Positions 25,082 through 38,130 are shown, counted from the first letter of the whole stretch. The stretch is DNA of 63,580 nucleotides, filler included, from Reticulomyxa filosa (GCA_000512085.1; 16 parts of 16 records of this genome joined end to end with filler, not necessarily neighbours in it); one strand, 5' to 3'. Notes: generated from the letters alone by a model not told the origin. Program-made: numbers and translations.

Positions 25082-25534
25082 CTATAATTGGAACTGAAGA
25101 TTGTGTACTCCCACTTCCTTCACTGCTGTGATGCTTGAATCCTTGTGTGGCAAAGTAACGCGCAAAAAAAAATTGACAAAGGCATTTGCTGGCATTCCCG
25201 GATTCTCCTTGGCTGCGCTCACTAAATCCACCACCAAATCGGGGTATTTGATGTGTGCTGTGTTGTTCGACAATATGCTAAACAGAAATCTTGAATCATT
25301 CTCGCTTAAATGATCCAGGGCCACATCGCTACTGTTGCGAATCAACTCCGTCCATTCGCTGAAATCAATCAGTCCGTCCCCGTTCGTGTCGTATTCCGTA
25401 AACAATGTCTCAAACTTTTGTGCTACTGCCAAGGGGCTATTGGGCCGCTTCTCCGTCTTTCCGACTTGATCTGTTGTTGGGTCAAGCGCAACTTTATCTT
25501 CTCCTTCCTTTTCATTGCTCAATTCAGCAGACAT
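25082..25534 (-). CDS. EF-hand calcium-binding protein, first exon
   Basis: Canonical EF loop 'DTNGDGLIDFSE' plus a degenerate second hand. It continues through an intron towards the contig end. Confidence 0.75.
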   Translation of the reverse strand: MSAELSNEKEGEDKVALDPTTDQVGKTEKRPNSPLAVAQKFETLFTEYDTNGDGLIDFSEWTELIRNSSDVALDHLSENDSRFLFSILSNNTAHIKYPDLVVDLVSAAKENPGMPANAFVNFFLRVTLPHKDSSITAVKEVGVHNLQFQL

Positions 25535-25888
25535 GTTATTCTATCTTCATTATTTTATCAAGATTATCAAAAAAAAATTAAAGGACCATATAGAGTGAAA
25601 AATTTAGCAACTCATTGTCCGATTATGGAATTTTGCAATTAACAGATTCACAAGTCAGGAAAGAAATTTTTGGTATTTTGTTACCACGGCCTACAGTAAC
25701 ATTTTTTTTTTTTGTGTGACAAAAAACTTGTAAATAATGTTGTACGAGTTTTGCCGTACACTGAACTTTTCGGTCCTCGTAAGCTGTAGGTAGCTAGAAA
25801 AATCTTGTGTATCTGCAGTTGCATTTCAATAGAATTCATTTTGCAATAGGCATCTACTTCCATAAAAGAATTACAATAGAGATCAATT

Positions 25889-26778
25889 ATGGGGAACAAA
25901 ACTTCTCAGTCTGACAGTGAAAAAGACCGAAAAGCGTTGGTGGAATACTTGGAAGGAAAAGCAAATCTGGACAAAATATGGAAAAGATTTGACAAAGACG
26001 GCAATGTTGCGTAGAAAGTTTGTTTGTTGTTGTGACATTTACTTTTGTTTGATTTTAATTATACATGACCACCATGAACGACACTAAAAAAAAATTTTTT
26101 GGCACATCAATTGCAATCAAAATCGAAACAAAATGTCAAAAAATTTGTTCCCCTCCTCTTTCCTCGTACTTTTCTATGATTATTTATTTTTGCTTTTTTT
26201 TTTTCATTATTTTCTTTTTGCTCTCATTTGCTATTCTCTTTCTCTTCTTCCATTTTGTATGACAAACATTTATTGAAGGAAGGGAAGTTTTTGAAATAAG
26301 TGTACGTACACTTTGACAAAAAAAAAAAATGAATCCCACAAAAAGATTCTTTCTTGTCTGTTGAAAGTTTAAAATTTTAGGGAACATTATTATTTATGTG
26401 TGCATGCTGTGTGCCATTGAGTTTGAAGAGGAGAGAGAGGACAGAAAAATAAAAATAAAGATAAAAATGGACAATGTTGGTATCTCTTGGAATGAATAGG
26501 GTTATATAGATGAAAAAGAATTAGAAGATCTAATATATGTGGCCTTGTGCTTTTTTTGTACTGAGAGAGACCCAGACATGCCTCAACCCCCACGCGAACA
26601 GTGCGAACCATTTGTCAAAAAAATACTTCAAGACTTAAAACCGAATTTGGATGAAAATGATGATGGTGTCATCAGTAGAGAAGAATTTGAACTGTTTGGT
26701 AAATATCTTAATCAAGAGTACAGCAAATTAAAAAGCGAGATCAATGAAGACAAAAAAAATAAAGGAAGCGGGAAATAA
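25889..26778 (+). CDS. N-myristoylated two-EF-hand protein (2 exons)
   Basis: Starts MGNKTS (MGxxxS). EF1 'DKDGN|GYIDEKE' is reconstituted exactly across a GTTGCG...AATAG intron; EF2 is 'DENDDGVISREE'. Stop TAA at 26778. Confidence 0.85.
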
Positions 26779-28439
26779 TTAGATTTTTTGGTTTGTTTTA
26801 ACTTTTTTCCGCGGAAGGCGCTTGAATAGGGAACATATAAAAGTTCATATATTGACGGCAAATTTGTGATTTTTTTGTTTGGTACTGTACAAAGATGTGG
26901 CACCATTCAAAATTGTAGCAAATCACCCCAACCCTTTTGCGCTGACGTCTTTTTGTCTGAAAGTTATACCAACAAAGTAATTGTTTGAAATAAATGATTA
27001 AACACGAATGTTATAGCTCTTAGCAGAAAAGGAGAGAAAGGGGGGGGGGACCAACTTAAAAAAAAACTAGAGTGCAAACAAACACTCAAACAAAAAAATA
27101 CTCTGGATATCTCTAAATGCTGTTTTCGTATCCTGTTGTGGGATGGAAATCAAACAGAGATGGAAGAAAGTCCTAATCAAAAGAAAATTACGCAAAGGTC
27201 TAATGACAAAAGTCACTTTGTAAATGGTATTGAAAAACAAAACCAACAAATTAAGAACATTTGATAACTGCTTATTATCCAAAATTAATGAAAAATAAAA
27301 CAAAGTATTTTCTGAAATTTAATTTATCTTTTTTTTTGAAAGAGCAAAAAAAAGTGTTGCATGAAATTTGCACACAAATCAAATAATTATATATATATTC
27401 AAGTAGTCAAAGACACTAATCTTAGTTGTTCTCAAATACGCTACGCACACAATACAATTATTGATTCAAAATAATAATGTGAAATTAATCATTATAAAAT
27501 CTTAAATTTTATAATTATAGAAACAAAAGAGTAATTGCAGATATGATGTCTTATTTGTTCTATTCAGGAGGTAATGCTTTTCTTAGTAATGTGACATACA
27601 CTTTCACCTCCTTTTAATTGTTCAACATTTGTCATATGGCTATTTCCTTCATATAGAGTTGATCCAAATTGGAGATAAAAAATATTTTTTTCAATCAAAA
27701 AGGCATTTGTATGCAAATACAACACAAACACTTTTTGTAAAAGATATTTCACAAAAAATATGTACATGATTCTGATCAAAGGTGGTTATGTAACCAAACA
27801 GAAATAGGTTGATCATACAATTATATAGCGATTCATTTCTGATTGGTATAATTTTAGTGGAACTACGATTTTATTGTAAACTTAACATATTGGAAAACAA
27901 AAATGATTATATAAATACAGTAGGTTGCAAAGAAAACTGAACGCCTAAAACATATCTTATGATGATAATTGATTTTCTCAATGAAAAATCAACATTTAGA
28001 CCTAATTTTTTTTAAAAAAATATCTACAAGTCTTGTAGTTTTTAAATATGTGGGGAGTCTACAGTGAGCTTTACTAAATGTAATACGAAAGAGTGTTACT
28101 CTCAACGAGNNNNNNNNNNNNNNNNNNNNNNNNNNNNNNNNNNNNNNNNNNNNTTAATTAATTAANNNNNNNNNNNNNNNNNNNNNNNNNNNNNNNNNNN
28201 NNNNNNNNNCCTTTGAATAGAAATCGCTTAGACATACATATTTCTGATCCATTTGCCTTTCAAATATCTTTGTTGAAGTTGTTGCCTGTGTTGTTCTTTT
28301 CTTACAGCTATCTTTCTCAAGTTGTTTTTTTCCCTTAAAAATATTGAGATTACTTTAGCCTCAAAATACATTAATCATGATGCTGAATTAAATACACATA
28401 TTCCAAATTTTCCTTTTTCATGTGCAGTGATCAAGAGAC

Positions 28440-28790
28440 AAATACGATAGAACTTCTCTTGTTTGAAATAAAACCAGATTTTTCTTAAACAACCAAGATC
28501 AAACACAAGAGCAATGTAGATGCTTTTGTAATTGCTATTACTTCTAAATGTTTAAACATTTACTTCATTGCCACTTGCTTTACAGCACCATGACAAAAAT
28601 AAAAAATAAAAAAAACTGGAACTAAGTTCCCTCTTGTCACTTGTTGATTTAATTAATATATATTTTTGGATTTGACAAAAACAGATAAATAATATAATAC
28701 CTGACTTAAGTATTTAATATTTGATTAAAAAAATATTTTGGTAAAAAATATATTCTTTTTTTTTTAATTGTAGGTCATTTTTATTTTTTT
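28440..28790 (-). repeat. Diverged dispersed repeat, copy 1 (inverted relative to 37740-38130)
   Basis: Its reverse complement shares colinear blocks with copy 2: ttttgtcaaatc, caacaagtgacaag, ggaac.tagttcca, tgtcatg, gtaaagcaagtgg, aaaagcat, tcttggt, atttcaaa.aagaga. Confidence 0.8.
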
Positions 28791-30050
28791 TCTTTTGCAA
28801 TTGCGCATTCAAATGGAATAATTATGCAATGAATTAAACTGGAAAAAGACTACGTGTACCACATATCGATTATTTTTACAAAAAGTTGTCTTCGTTTAAA
28901 AAAATGCATATTTTTTGAAGAATTTTTATTTTCTACAATTTCTTTCAACACTTTTTTTGTTGAACGTATGAAAGTTTGAACACACTTTCAAATAATCCAA
29001 TTATTTGCAAAGATTCTGCCTCTTCCGCGTATTTCGAAAGAGTTTTTAGTCGGATACTGAGCCAGAGATTCTAAAGCAAATCCGACTTCACCCTTTTTTG
29101 TTTTTATTTCAAAAATATTTTAAAATCTACAACCTAAATAAATAACAAAAAAAAGTCCCGCTTAAAAAAAAGGGACAACAAATTCTTTAAAAAGTTGTTT
29201 CTCCACCTTTCAGTTTCTTTTTTTGTTACATAACGATGGAAAAACTAAAAAGTTAAGCAAAATAATATCAACGAAAAAAAAACAACAAGATGACTCTTTC
29301 TACTAGAACGTCAGGACAGAAAGTTGTGATGTTGAAACAAAAGAGAACTCCTTGAGCTGATTTTTTAATTGTTGTTGTTAATAACAAATTACCGTTTCTT
29401 TTTCATCTTTAATTTTTTGATTGTGTATGTTATACAGATTTGCGCCATTGCGTCATTGCGCTTTTTTTTTCGCAATGTGAATTTTTTTTTCGAAATAAAA
29501 GTTAATGTCTGTTTTGTTTATTTTTTTTTAATGATGACAACACTGCCTCTGTAAAACTTTAATGATGAATCGGCAGTGACTCCTCCGCTGATCATTTTTA
29601 TTTATTAAATTATGAATCTTTTTTTTTTCATTTTTAATGAAGTTGTTTTTTTTAATAGATTATCTCCATGTAATTTGGTTGTGGGAGAATCATTCAATAG
29701 GATTGGTGAAATTCAAGCGCCAATTTGTTTTCAAAAAATCGGTGGGGGGCTTTAAAAATTGTTTTTTGTACAATTTTATTGTTGATATTATTTATTTTGA
29801 ACCAATGAAAATTAAAATTTTCAAATCTGAGCATTCACAATATTTTCAGCAGAAGAAGAAATCACGTAAAATCGTAAAAAATTTCTTAAATAGCACTCCG
29901 ACAGTATACAATTTGGTTACTAATATTCACAGCACAAAAGAATGCGAAAGTTGCGAAGGGGTAGCTAGGTAGTAGATAAAGAAATAGTTCAGAAATTTTA
30001 ATGTTAATTTAAAATAGAATTTCCCCCTTACCCCAAAAAAAGATTCAAGA

Positions 30051-31462
30051 TCAAGCATCTTGTAATTTCCCTTCTTTTGCCAAGCACATCTTACCAATTA
30101 AACCTGTTAATTGAAGTGGTGAATCGAGACCATCTGCAATTCTTGCATGAATGAACCCCATTTCCTGTAATGTTCCGTTATGTGCTTTAATTAAGAAAAA
30201 TCCCAGAACAACAAAAAGAAACAAAACTCGGATCCACTTGAGTCTCAGATTGTCATCCATTTTATGTGTCTTTGTGACTCGAAATAAGGTGCTAATGAAA
30301 TCCAACGTCGAATGTCCTTGGGCCAATAGATGCTGCACACAATTAATAGCATTTATGACATCTCCATCTTTACAGTGATCTAAAATGGTGGCCATTGCTT
30401 TAGGATGTGGTACGTCACATACTTTGTACACATTTTCTGCTGTTATCGTTTTAAAACCGGCATAAGTTGCCTGCAAACCGTTAATTCCATTTCGCATATC
30501 CCCATCACTCACAAATAATAGTGCTTCTAAGCCTCCATTAGTGTAACTTTGCACCTTTTTTTTTTTGAATATTGAATTTAACACAATTTTTAAAAAAAAA
30601 CAAACATACACGCAAACTCACTTAGTTTTGTCATTTAATATTTTTGAACCTTCCCCCTTTTTTTTTTACAACCAAATATGACCACTATTCGAAAACTACA
30701 TTTTTTTAAAAAAAAAAGCATTAACATTTTCTTCTTTCAAAATTTCTAAAATTCTTTGCAAAATTTGTTGATCTGTCAATCGAGTGTAGCGCAAAATCGC
30801 GCAGCGTGATTGAACAGGTTCGATAATCTTGGAGGAAATATTACACGCCAGAGCAAATCTTGTGGTGTTGCTATAAAGTTCCATTGTTCGTCGCAAAGCT
30901 TGTTGTGCTGCTGGTGTCATGCTAATTGTGTAAATTAATATTTTTTTGAATTGCATTTGTCTAGCTAAGATTTTATCTCCAATATTTTAATAAAAAAAAA
31001 TACCTGTCAGCTTCATCGAGAATGATAATCTTATGTCTGCCAGGGGGGAGTGTAATCTTTTGCTGTGCAAACATTTTAATTTTGTTTCGCACGACATCAA
31101 TACCTCTATCATCACTAGCGTTCAATTCTAACACCCCTTGTTTGTAATGCTGCCCCAATAACTCAAAGGCCAGACAATGGATGGAAGTTGTCTTCCCTGT
31201 TCCTGGAGGGCCACTGATCAATAAATTGGGCATATTGCCATTTTTTGCTATTACTTTTAAACGGGATATTGTCTCCTCGTTCCCTACCACGTCTTTCAAT
31301 ACTCGGGGACGATACTTTTCCAACCACGGCATTTCTAATTGCACTTTTATACACAACAAAACCAGTTTTGTTCTAACACTCCATGAATGTGTAGAATAAA
31401 CTTTGCGATTAATTAAGACGAAAAAATTTAAAACCTGATTTCGTTTCATTCGCATCTTTCAT
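30051..31462 (-). CDS. RFC2: Replication factor C small subunit (human RFC2 / yeast RFC4), 5 exons
   Basis: PWLEKYRP, Walker [32 protein letters not shown], Walker B ILDEAD|SMT, SRC motif, GDMR. Four GT-AG introns restore the frame; the first exon is MKDANETKS. Confidence 0.95.
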
Positions 31463-31676
31463 CTCACAATCTTCTGTCATTTTTTATTCAATTTATCTTA
31501 AGTTAATAAAAAATTGTGAGCGCTTTTTTCTTTTCCCCTTTGAAAAAATACTTTTGTTTTACCACATGCAGTCTTGTTCGCTGTTTTACAAAGAGACAAT
31601 AACTCAAAGACGCTTTCGTTAGGACGGGCTACCTGTTCGGCTGAGTTTTGTGCTTAAAAAAATTTTGTTCTTAATA

Positions 31677-32330
31677 ATGAGTCGCATAATAATTGGACTT
31701 GTTCTCTTGCAACTGTTAATAGTGAGTTGCCTTAGCGTGACTGTGCAAAATACATCTATAATAAATGATTTCTGCCTGAGAAAGAAAAAATGGCCAAGTG
31801 AAGAGGAAAAGAGCACATGGAGCGAAGGAGAACAAATAAAGAGATGGGAGAATAAAGCCGAGCAAATAAAAACATGGGAAGACAAAAAAAGGGCAAATAA
31901 AGAAACAGGAGGACGAAGGAGAGCACATAGAAACACGAAAAGACAAAGAAGAACAAATAAAAGGATGGGAAGATAAAAAAGAACAAACGAAAGAATGGGA
32001 AGACAAAGAAGATCAAACAAATGAATGGGAGGATGAAGAAGAAGAACAACAAGAACAAGAAGAAGAACAACAAGAACAAGAAGAACAACACGAACAAGAA
32101 GAACAACACGAACAAGAAGAACAACACGAACAACACGAACAACACGAACAACACGAACAACAAGAACAAAAGAATACATGGAGTGAGCGGCCTCCAGTAA
32201 TGCAATGTGACGATAGTTGGAAAAATGAACAACAAAAGTATAAAGACGAAATACATGAACTACGTCAACAAGTCACCACCATGGAACAACAACTTTTACA
32301 AAATAAAAGTGAACCGAGGGATCGACACAA
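31677..32330 (+). CDS. Putative secreted or membrane acidic protein with 10-aa Trp repeats and an E/Q/H tract
   Basis: Signal-peptide-like MSRIIIGLVLLQLLIVSCLS, then (E/D)QIKxWE(D/N)K repeats, EQ/EQH repeats and a coiled coil. One indel is needed at A7 31884-31890. The 3' end is uncertain. Confidence 0.55.
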
Positions 32331-33117
32331 GAAATTGTTTTTAGTGTGCGTTTTTATACTTTGTGATGTTTTTATATGCTCCACTTTTGCACCGACGCAA
32401 AATATCCCAATGAAATGTATTTGGATTGCGACATTTGCAATGATGAGTATCTTTGCATTTCAAACTAATAAACGGATGCTCACTGTTGTATTTATTGTCG
32501 ACACCATTTTTCCCTTGCTACCTAAACAAATTCAACTGAAACTGCGCTGAGAAGGGTCATTTTTTTTAACATGCTCGAGTTGAACTTGAAATTTCCTCAC
32601 ATTTCCTCTGCCTGTTTATGTTGCGATCGTATCTCATATTTGCTTTCTTCTTCTTTTGTGTTTTGTGGGGATCCATGGTCGAGATTTATCCCAACAACAA
32701 AACAAAATGAAGGGAGAATCTCAAAAACGTTGATAATGTTCATGTTCTGTTTGTGTAGGAATAATAAAACAACACGAGAAATAAGAAAGTCAAATAAAAG
32801 TTGGACATAAAGTGAAACCATTTTTTTGTACTTTCTTTTATTTTTAGCCATTTCTTCGAACTGTTCAATGCCGCAAACTTTGGTATTTTAGATTCAAAGG
32901 AACTATTGGCAGCTCTAAGAATTTTCTTCTTGTTTGTAATATAATTATTTAAGTAACTTGCAACATCATGTACAAATTTATTTACTTTCACGCATTGAAC
33001 TTGTCGCAAATGGAAATTTGAAAAACACAAAGTGTATCTCTGTTTTCTTTTTTTTTAGGTCTGTGTTTCAAAAGGTTCAATTAGAATCAATTCCGTTTCA
33101 ACTTCACTCAAGACATC

Positions 33118-34547
33118 ATGGTTTAGTATATTGCACTGCATCGCATTTGTGTTTTAATATTTTTGAAAGACAACTTGGTAGCTGGCTAATAAAAATAAAA
33201 ATAAAATGATTAGGCCAGCCGTTACGACCGCAAGACAACAACATTTTCACCAGACGGACGTTTATTTCAAGTAGAATATGCAATGGAAGCAATTCAAAAA
33301 GCAGGAGCATGTCTGGGGATCGTCTTCAAAGACGGGATCATAATGGTAGGTGAAAAGAATATTCAATCCAAGCTGTGGATCCCAGAGCGCTCTGAGAAAT
33401 TTGCCAAAATCGACTCACATATTGTGTTAAGCGTCATCTATTTTTTGCGATACAAATACGACCACAGCAAAGTGAGCACACTGTCAATAAAAAAAAAACA
33501 AATTACTCTAAAGTTACAATTTTTTTTTTTTCTTTTTTAAATAGAGTGGCCATTGCAGGTGTGACATCAGATGCGAACATATTAGTGGACAATGCTCAAT
33601 TAAATGCCGCCCGTTACAAATACAAATATCAAGTTTATTAAAAAAAAAAAATTTTTTGTTAGAAAAAAAAAAATTGGTTTGTAACCTCATTCTCAAGCAA
33701 AACATATGTCCACAAAGCAAATATGATCATACAACATAATAACTGTGTCCAAATGACTTTAGGAATCCATCCCAGTGGAAATGTGTGTTCATGACACATG
33801 CAACTACACGCAATCTTTCACGCAATTTGGTGGACTGCGACCTTTTGGGGTGTCTATGTTATGGGCCGGGTATGACACTGAAGAAGGCTTCCAATTGTTC
33901 CATTCCGATCCTTCTGGAAATTATGGTATGTTTAAACAAATTCACTTTTTTATTTGTGTATATATAATATATATTATATGTGTTATATATGTATATGTTT
34001 GTATGTATGTGTATATCTTTTTAATAAATATTAGACCAAATATAATTCTTGCTATCAATAATTTAATGATTGCTTTTTTTTTTGTTTGTTTGATAATATT
34101 ATTGGACACAGCCGAATGGCAGGCAACTGCTATTGGATCGAATGCTAAATCTGCACAATCGATATTGAAAGAAGATTATAACGAAAAGTTGACAAAAGAT
34201 GTTAAGTGTGTGTCATTTTTTTTTTTTTTTCAACTGCTTGGATTTTTTATTTTCTTCACAGGATGCAATTGAATTGTGCATCAAGATATTGACAAAAACC
34301 ATGGATTCTCCTTCTTTGGATTCAGAAAAATGTTATGTATTTTTTTTTAAACCACTTAAAAAAAATTTGTTGAATAATTTTTATAAAATTTGATTGGTGT
34401 AATTTCCTCCCCCCCTTTTTAGTGGAGATATGCTTACTGTACAAGGAAGAAGAAAGGGTTGTTTATCGTCAAATGCAGCCAAAGGAACTGGATGAACGCA
34501 TCAAAAAATACAAAGAGACACACAAAGATGAAAAACCAGAAGAATAA
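33118..34547 (+). CDS. PSMA4: 20S proteasome subunit alpha-3 (7 exons)
   Basis: M|ASRYDRKTTTFSPDGRLFQVEYAMEAI, AIAGVTSDAN, TQFGGLRPFGVS, SDPSGNY, WQATAIG. Six GT-AG introns; the first directly follows the ATG. Confidence 0.95.
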
Positions 34548-37500
34548 AAAAATTTGAAGGGTGATGAGTTTTCAATGGGGGTTTTGAAAAGTCACACTTC
34601 TTGATTTCAGCGTTATCAATACCAAATTTAAAACGTGTTGTTTTTTTTGGTGACTTTCAAATTCAGCTCCTTCTTTTGGATGCCAGCAAATGCTCACTGA
34701 AACTTATTCGCCAAAAAAGTTCTTAAAATATACGCCTTATTGAATACAACTTTTTATGGGCCTTAGATCCATTATTTTCCCTATTGATAATTGTAATACA
34801 ATGTTCGATTTTGAGCAAAATTAAAAAGAATCAAACAAAAGAAAATGAAGAAATTTTTGTTTTACAAAAAAACTAATTTCGTTCATGATAAAGAAGTTGA
34901 ATAAGTTACAAAATGTCACTAATTTATCCAAAATAAATTTCAAAGGAATTATTTACAAATTTAACAGCAGGGCCTTATGTAAAAAACATTGTCTCACATA
35001 TACTTGAGATGCTTGCGCATTGGCAAATGCTTTTTATCAATATCTCTTAAACTTTGGGCTGTTTTTTCCTCCCTTTTTTAAAAACATAACACGTATACAA
35101 AAAAAATGTATAGGAAAATCCAATTCAAATATGATCTCGAAACGCTACTTCGTCTTTACATCAGATCGTGCAGATACTGCATTTCCAACAACTATTGGTC
35201 CAACGCACATTGTTCCGTCGTCAAAATATTCACGTGGCAATCGAAACAAAAATATTGCTTCAATTAAAGTTTTTTGTTCATTGCAAAAAAATAGATAACA
35301 TTTTTACCTTTTTTCGATTTGGACATTGTTTTTGGTTCGTTCAAGTAGAGTTGCACAAATTGAGGCTTTACTGTAATGGAAATTGGCGATATTATAAGCA
35401 TGAAAGAAATAACTTTCACACACGAAATAAAACAGACAAATTATTCAATGTATTATAAGTGACTTATTGTCCAATTGTCTCCAGTGGTGTCATAAAGCTA
35501 ATATTAATTGATGAAAAGATCGTTTGACTTAAGTTGAGTTGTTGCAGTTGGAACTATAAACTTAAGCTGAAGACTGAAGTTTGTTTGCAAACAGCATACA
35601 TCGTAATCACAGATTAAACAAAGCCGATCTTGGCATACTTTTTGAAAATATGACGAATAAAAAAATCAAAAAAACGGAACTAGACCCTTTTTGACAAACT
35701 TTTCGTCAACAATTTTATAATCTGTTTTACTTTGTATGATTGTTAGTCTTCTATTTAGTGTTTTTTTTAATAATATGAGTTTTATTCACAAGTGCTGATC
35801 TTTTTTTGACGATTTGAAAAAAACGGGAGCTGAACGAATTTGTCAAAACATGACCTACTTCTTATATTGAGAGATTGCAAATATCACTGTAAGTATGCTA
35901 AGATAAAGTTGCGTTGATTGTGGTGGGGCGACATCTTAAAAAACCAAACAAAATCACAGTAGTCTTACGTAACCGTTTTGTCTTTTCGGTCTAGCTTTTT
36001 TTCCTGTTATCATGACAAAACAAATAACTTGGTTAAATATTTACTTTTTATTGGAAATTAATGAAGAAAATCAATCAAAAAATTTCAGAAGTGTTGAATC
36101 ATATGTATTGTCCATCCAAATTATTTTAACAGCATGTGTAAGTGCAAACAATGCAATTTTTCAGGACAGATTGCACGGTAACAAAAAAAAGAGAATACAA
36201 CAATGCTCAAACCTTTTTCAACAGTTTGCATTTGTCCTCAATGAGCAAAAAATTTTGTTCCTGTACAAGACGCCTGAGATTTAAATTGGATGGAGTCATG
36301 TAAATCATTTTTGACAAATATTCTTTTAGAAATAATAATTATTCACAAAATACAAAATACGATTTATTATTATTGGCTGTGATGCCAGACAATATCTTGT
36401 CGAACTCGAATGAACTTTGTTGGTATGTGAAAATTGTAAAATTTATGATATCAAAGTCATTGTGATAAGATCTCTCAAAATGATTTGAGCAACAGTGATA
36501 GCATTGTTGAATGAATCCGTGCAAGAAAGGGAACAGATAATCACTGTCAAATGAAGTTGCCAAAAAACAATGAATAAAAATCATCATATGTAATAAAAAA
36601 GCTTGTGTTTGTTACATAGCAATTATTTTTCTTGTATTATGAATTAGTGTAGCAATATCACTTTTTTCCTTTTTGGCGGTAACTTTCTTAGCTAGTTGTT
36701 TTGTGCTTGTTTTCATTCAAAATATAACTTTTTTTTCAAAAGTTTATATCGATGAATGATGTTTAAATGAATTTTATTTTTTATTTTTTTCAATACTACA
36801 ACAGCTTTGCACTTATCTTCCACTATGTGCCATGAACAAAAAACGGGGAGTAACATAATTACTGGATTCCTTTAATCAAATCGCTGCATACCAAATGAGG
36901 TAAAAGCACATTACATTCTAAATTTTGTATTCGATATTTTTACGAAACACAAAATCTTATAAAAATACAACCCAATTCAACGCCGATCAAAAGCAACAAT
37001 CTCTGATTGAGATAAATTTTTTAATCTATTCGAAAATAACCAAACGCTGATTTGACATAATTCAAAAACCAACTAATGACAGTTTTTATTTTTTTATGCA
37101 AAACCTAAAAACGATCATATCAATGAATATTGACATTTTCTAGCAAAGAAAAAAAGATATAACTTGTAAATGTGATGAAATCAACTGAAATTGAATTTCG
37201 AATATTAATCTTGTTCATGTCCAAGAGATCCTTTTGTCAGACGTTGAGTTGAGAACTTGGCTTATGTGCTCTTGTAAAGATATCTTGGTACGTAGCTGTA
37301 TGTAGTATATATGTACTTATTTTTTAAATAATTACTGATTGTACGTATTTTTTTTGAAAAATTTTTGGATATGGAGTAAAAAAACAAAGCAAAACACAAA
37401 TTAGTTATGCTTTCTCTTTGATGTTATATGCAGTATCTATCGCCAATGAGAATTTGTAGAAAAGGAAACAAGTAAGCAAAAAGATAATATCTTGTTATTA

Positions 37501-37739
37501 AAGCTCACATGAGCATTTTGTTGTTTTTTCGCTTGTCGGATTTTATACAAGCAAAAAAATTATTTATGTACTGAATGCTGTGTTTCATATTAACACCAAA
37601 GCCTTGCCTGGCAACAAAATAATTAATAAATATGAAAGAATAACTATTTATTATTTTTTTATGTAATCTTTTTCTATTGCATAATTGTTCCACTTAGAAA
37701 CACAATTGTAAAAGGAAAAAATGAATATTTTGTTTTTTT

Positions 37740-38130
37740 TAATTGTGGGTCATTTTTTATTTTTTTTGAACTTGTTTTTAAAAATGACCCAGTTTTATTC
37801 AAAGAAATCAAAAATGTTTTTTTTTAATCAAGTATTGACCAAGTAAATCAGTTATTGTATTATTTATTTGTTTTGTCAAATCAAAAATATATTTAAAAAT
37901 GAATTAAACCAACAAGTGACAAGGGGGAACGTAGTTCCATTTTTTTTATTTTTTTTTCTGTCATGAAGCTTTACAACAAAGTAAAGCAAGTGGTGGTAAA
38001 GTCAATGCTCACAACTTTTAGAAGAAGGAGAAATTATAAAAGCATTTGTGTTGTTTTTATCGAGTTTGGTCTTGGTCAACTAAGAAAAGTTCGAATATAT
38101 TTCAAATAAGAGAGATCTATTATTTGTCAA
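37740..38130 (+). repeat. Diverged dispersed repeat, copy 2
   Basis: Colinear inverted similarity to 28440-28790. Confidence 0.8.

Noticed and set aside
31619-32256. Very hydrophobic minus-strand ORFs (VLLVRVV.., LFVLF..)
   Set aside because: Reverse complement of the GAA/CAA-rich Glu/Gln repeat; not real membrane proteins.
34900-37500. Scattered short ORFs in a long AT-rich stretch
   Set aside because: No recognisable domain or coherent exon chain; probably decayed pseudogene or intergenic DNA.
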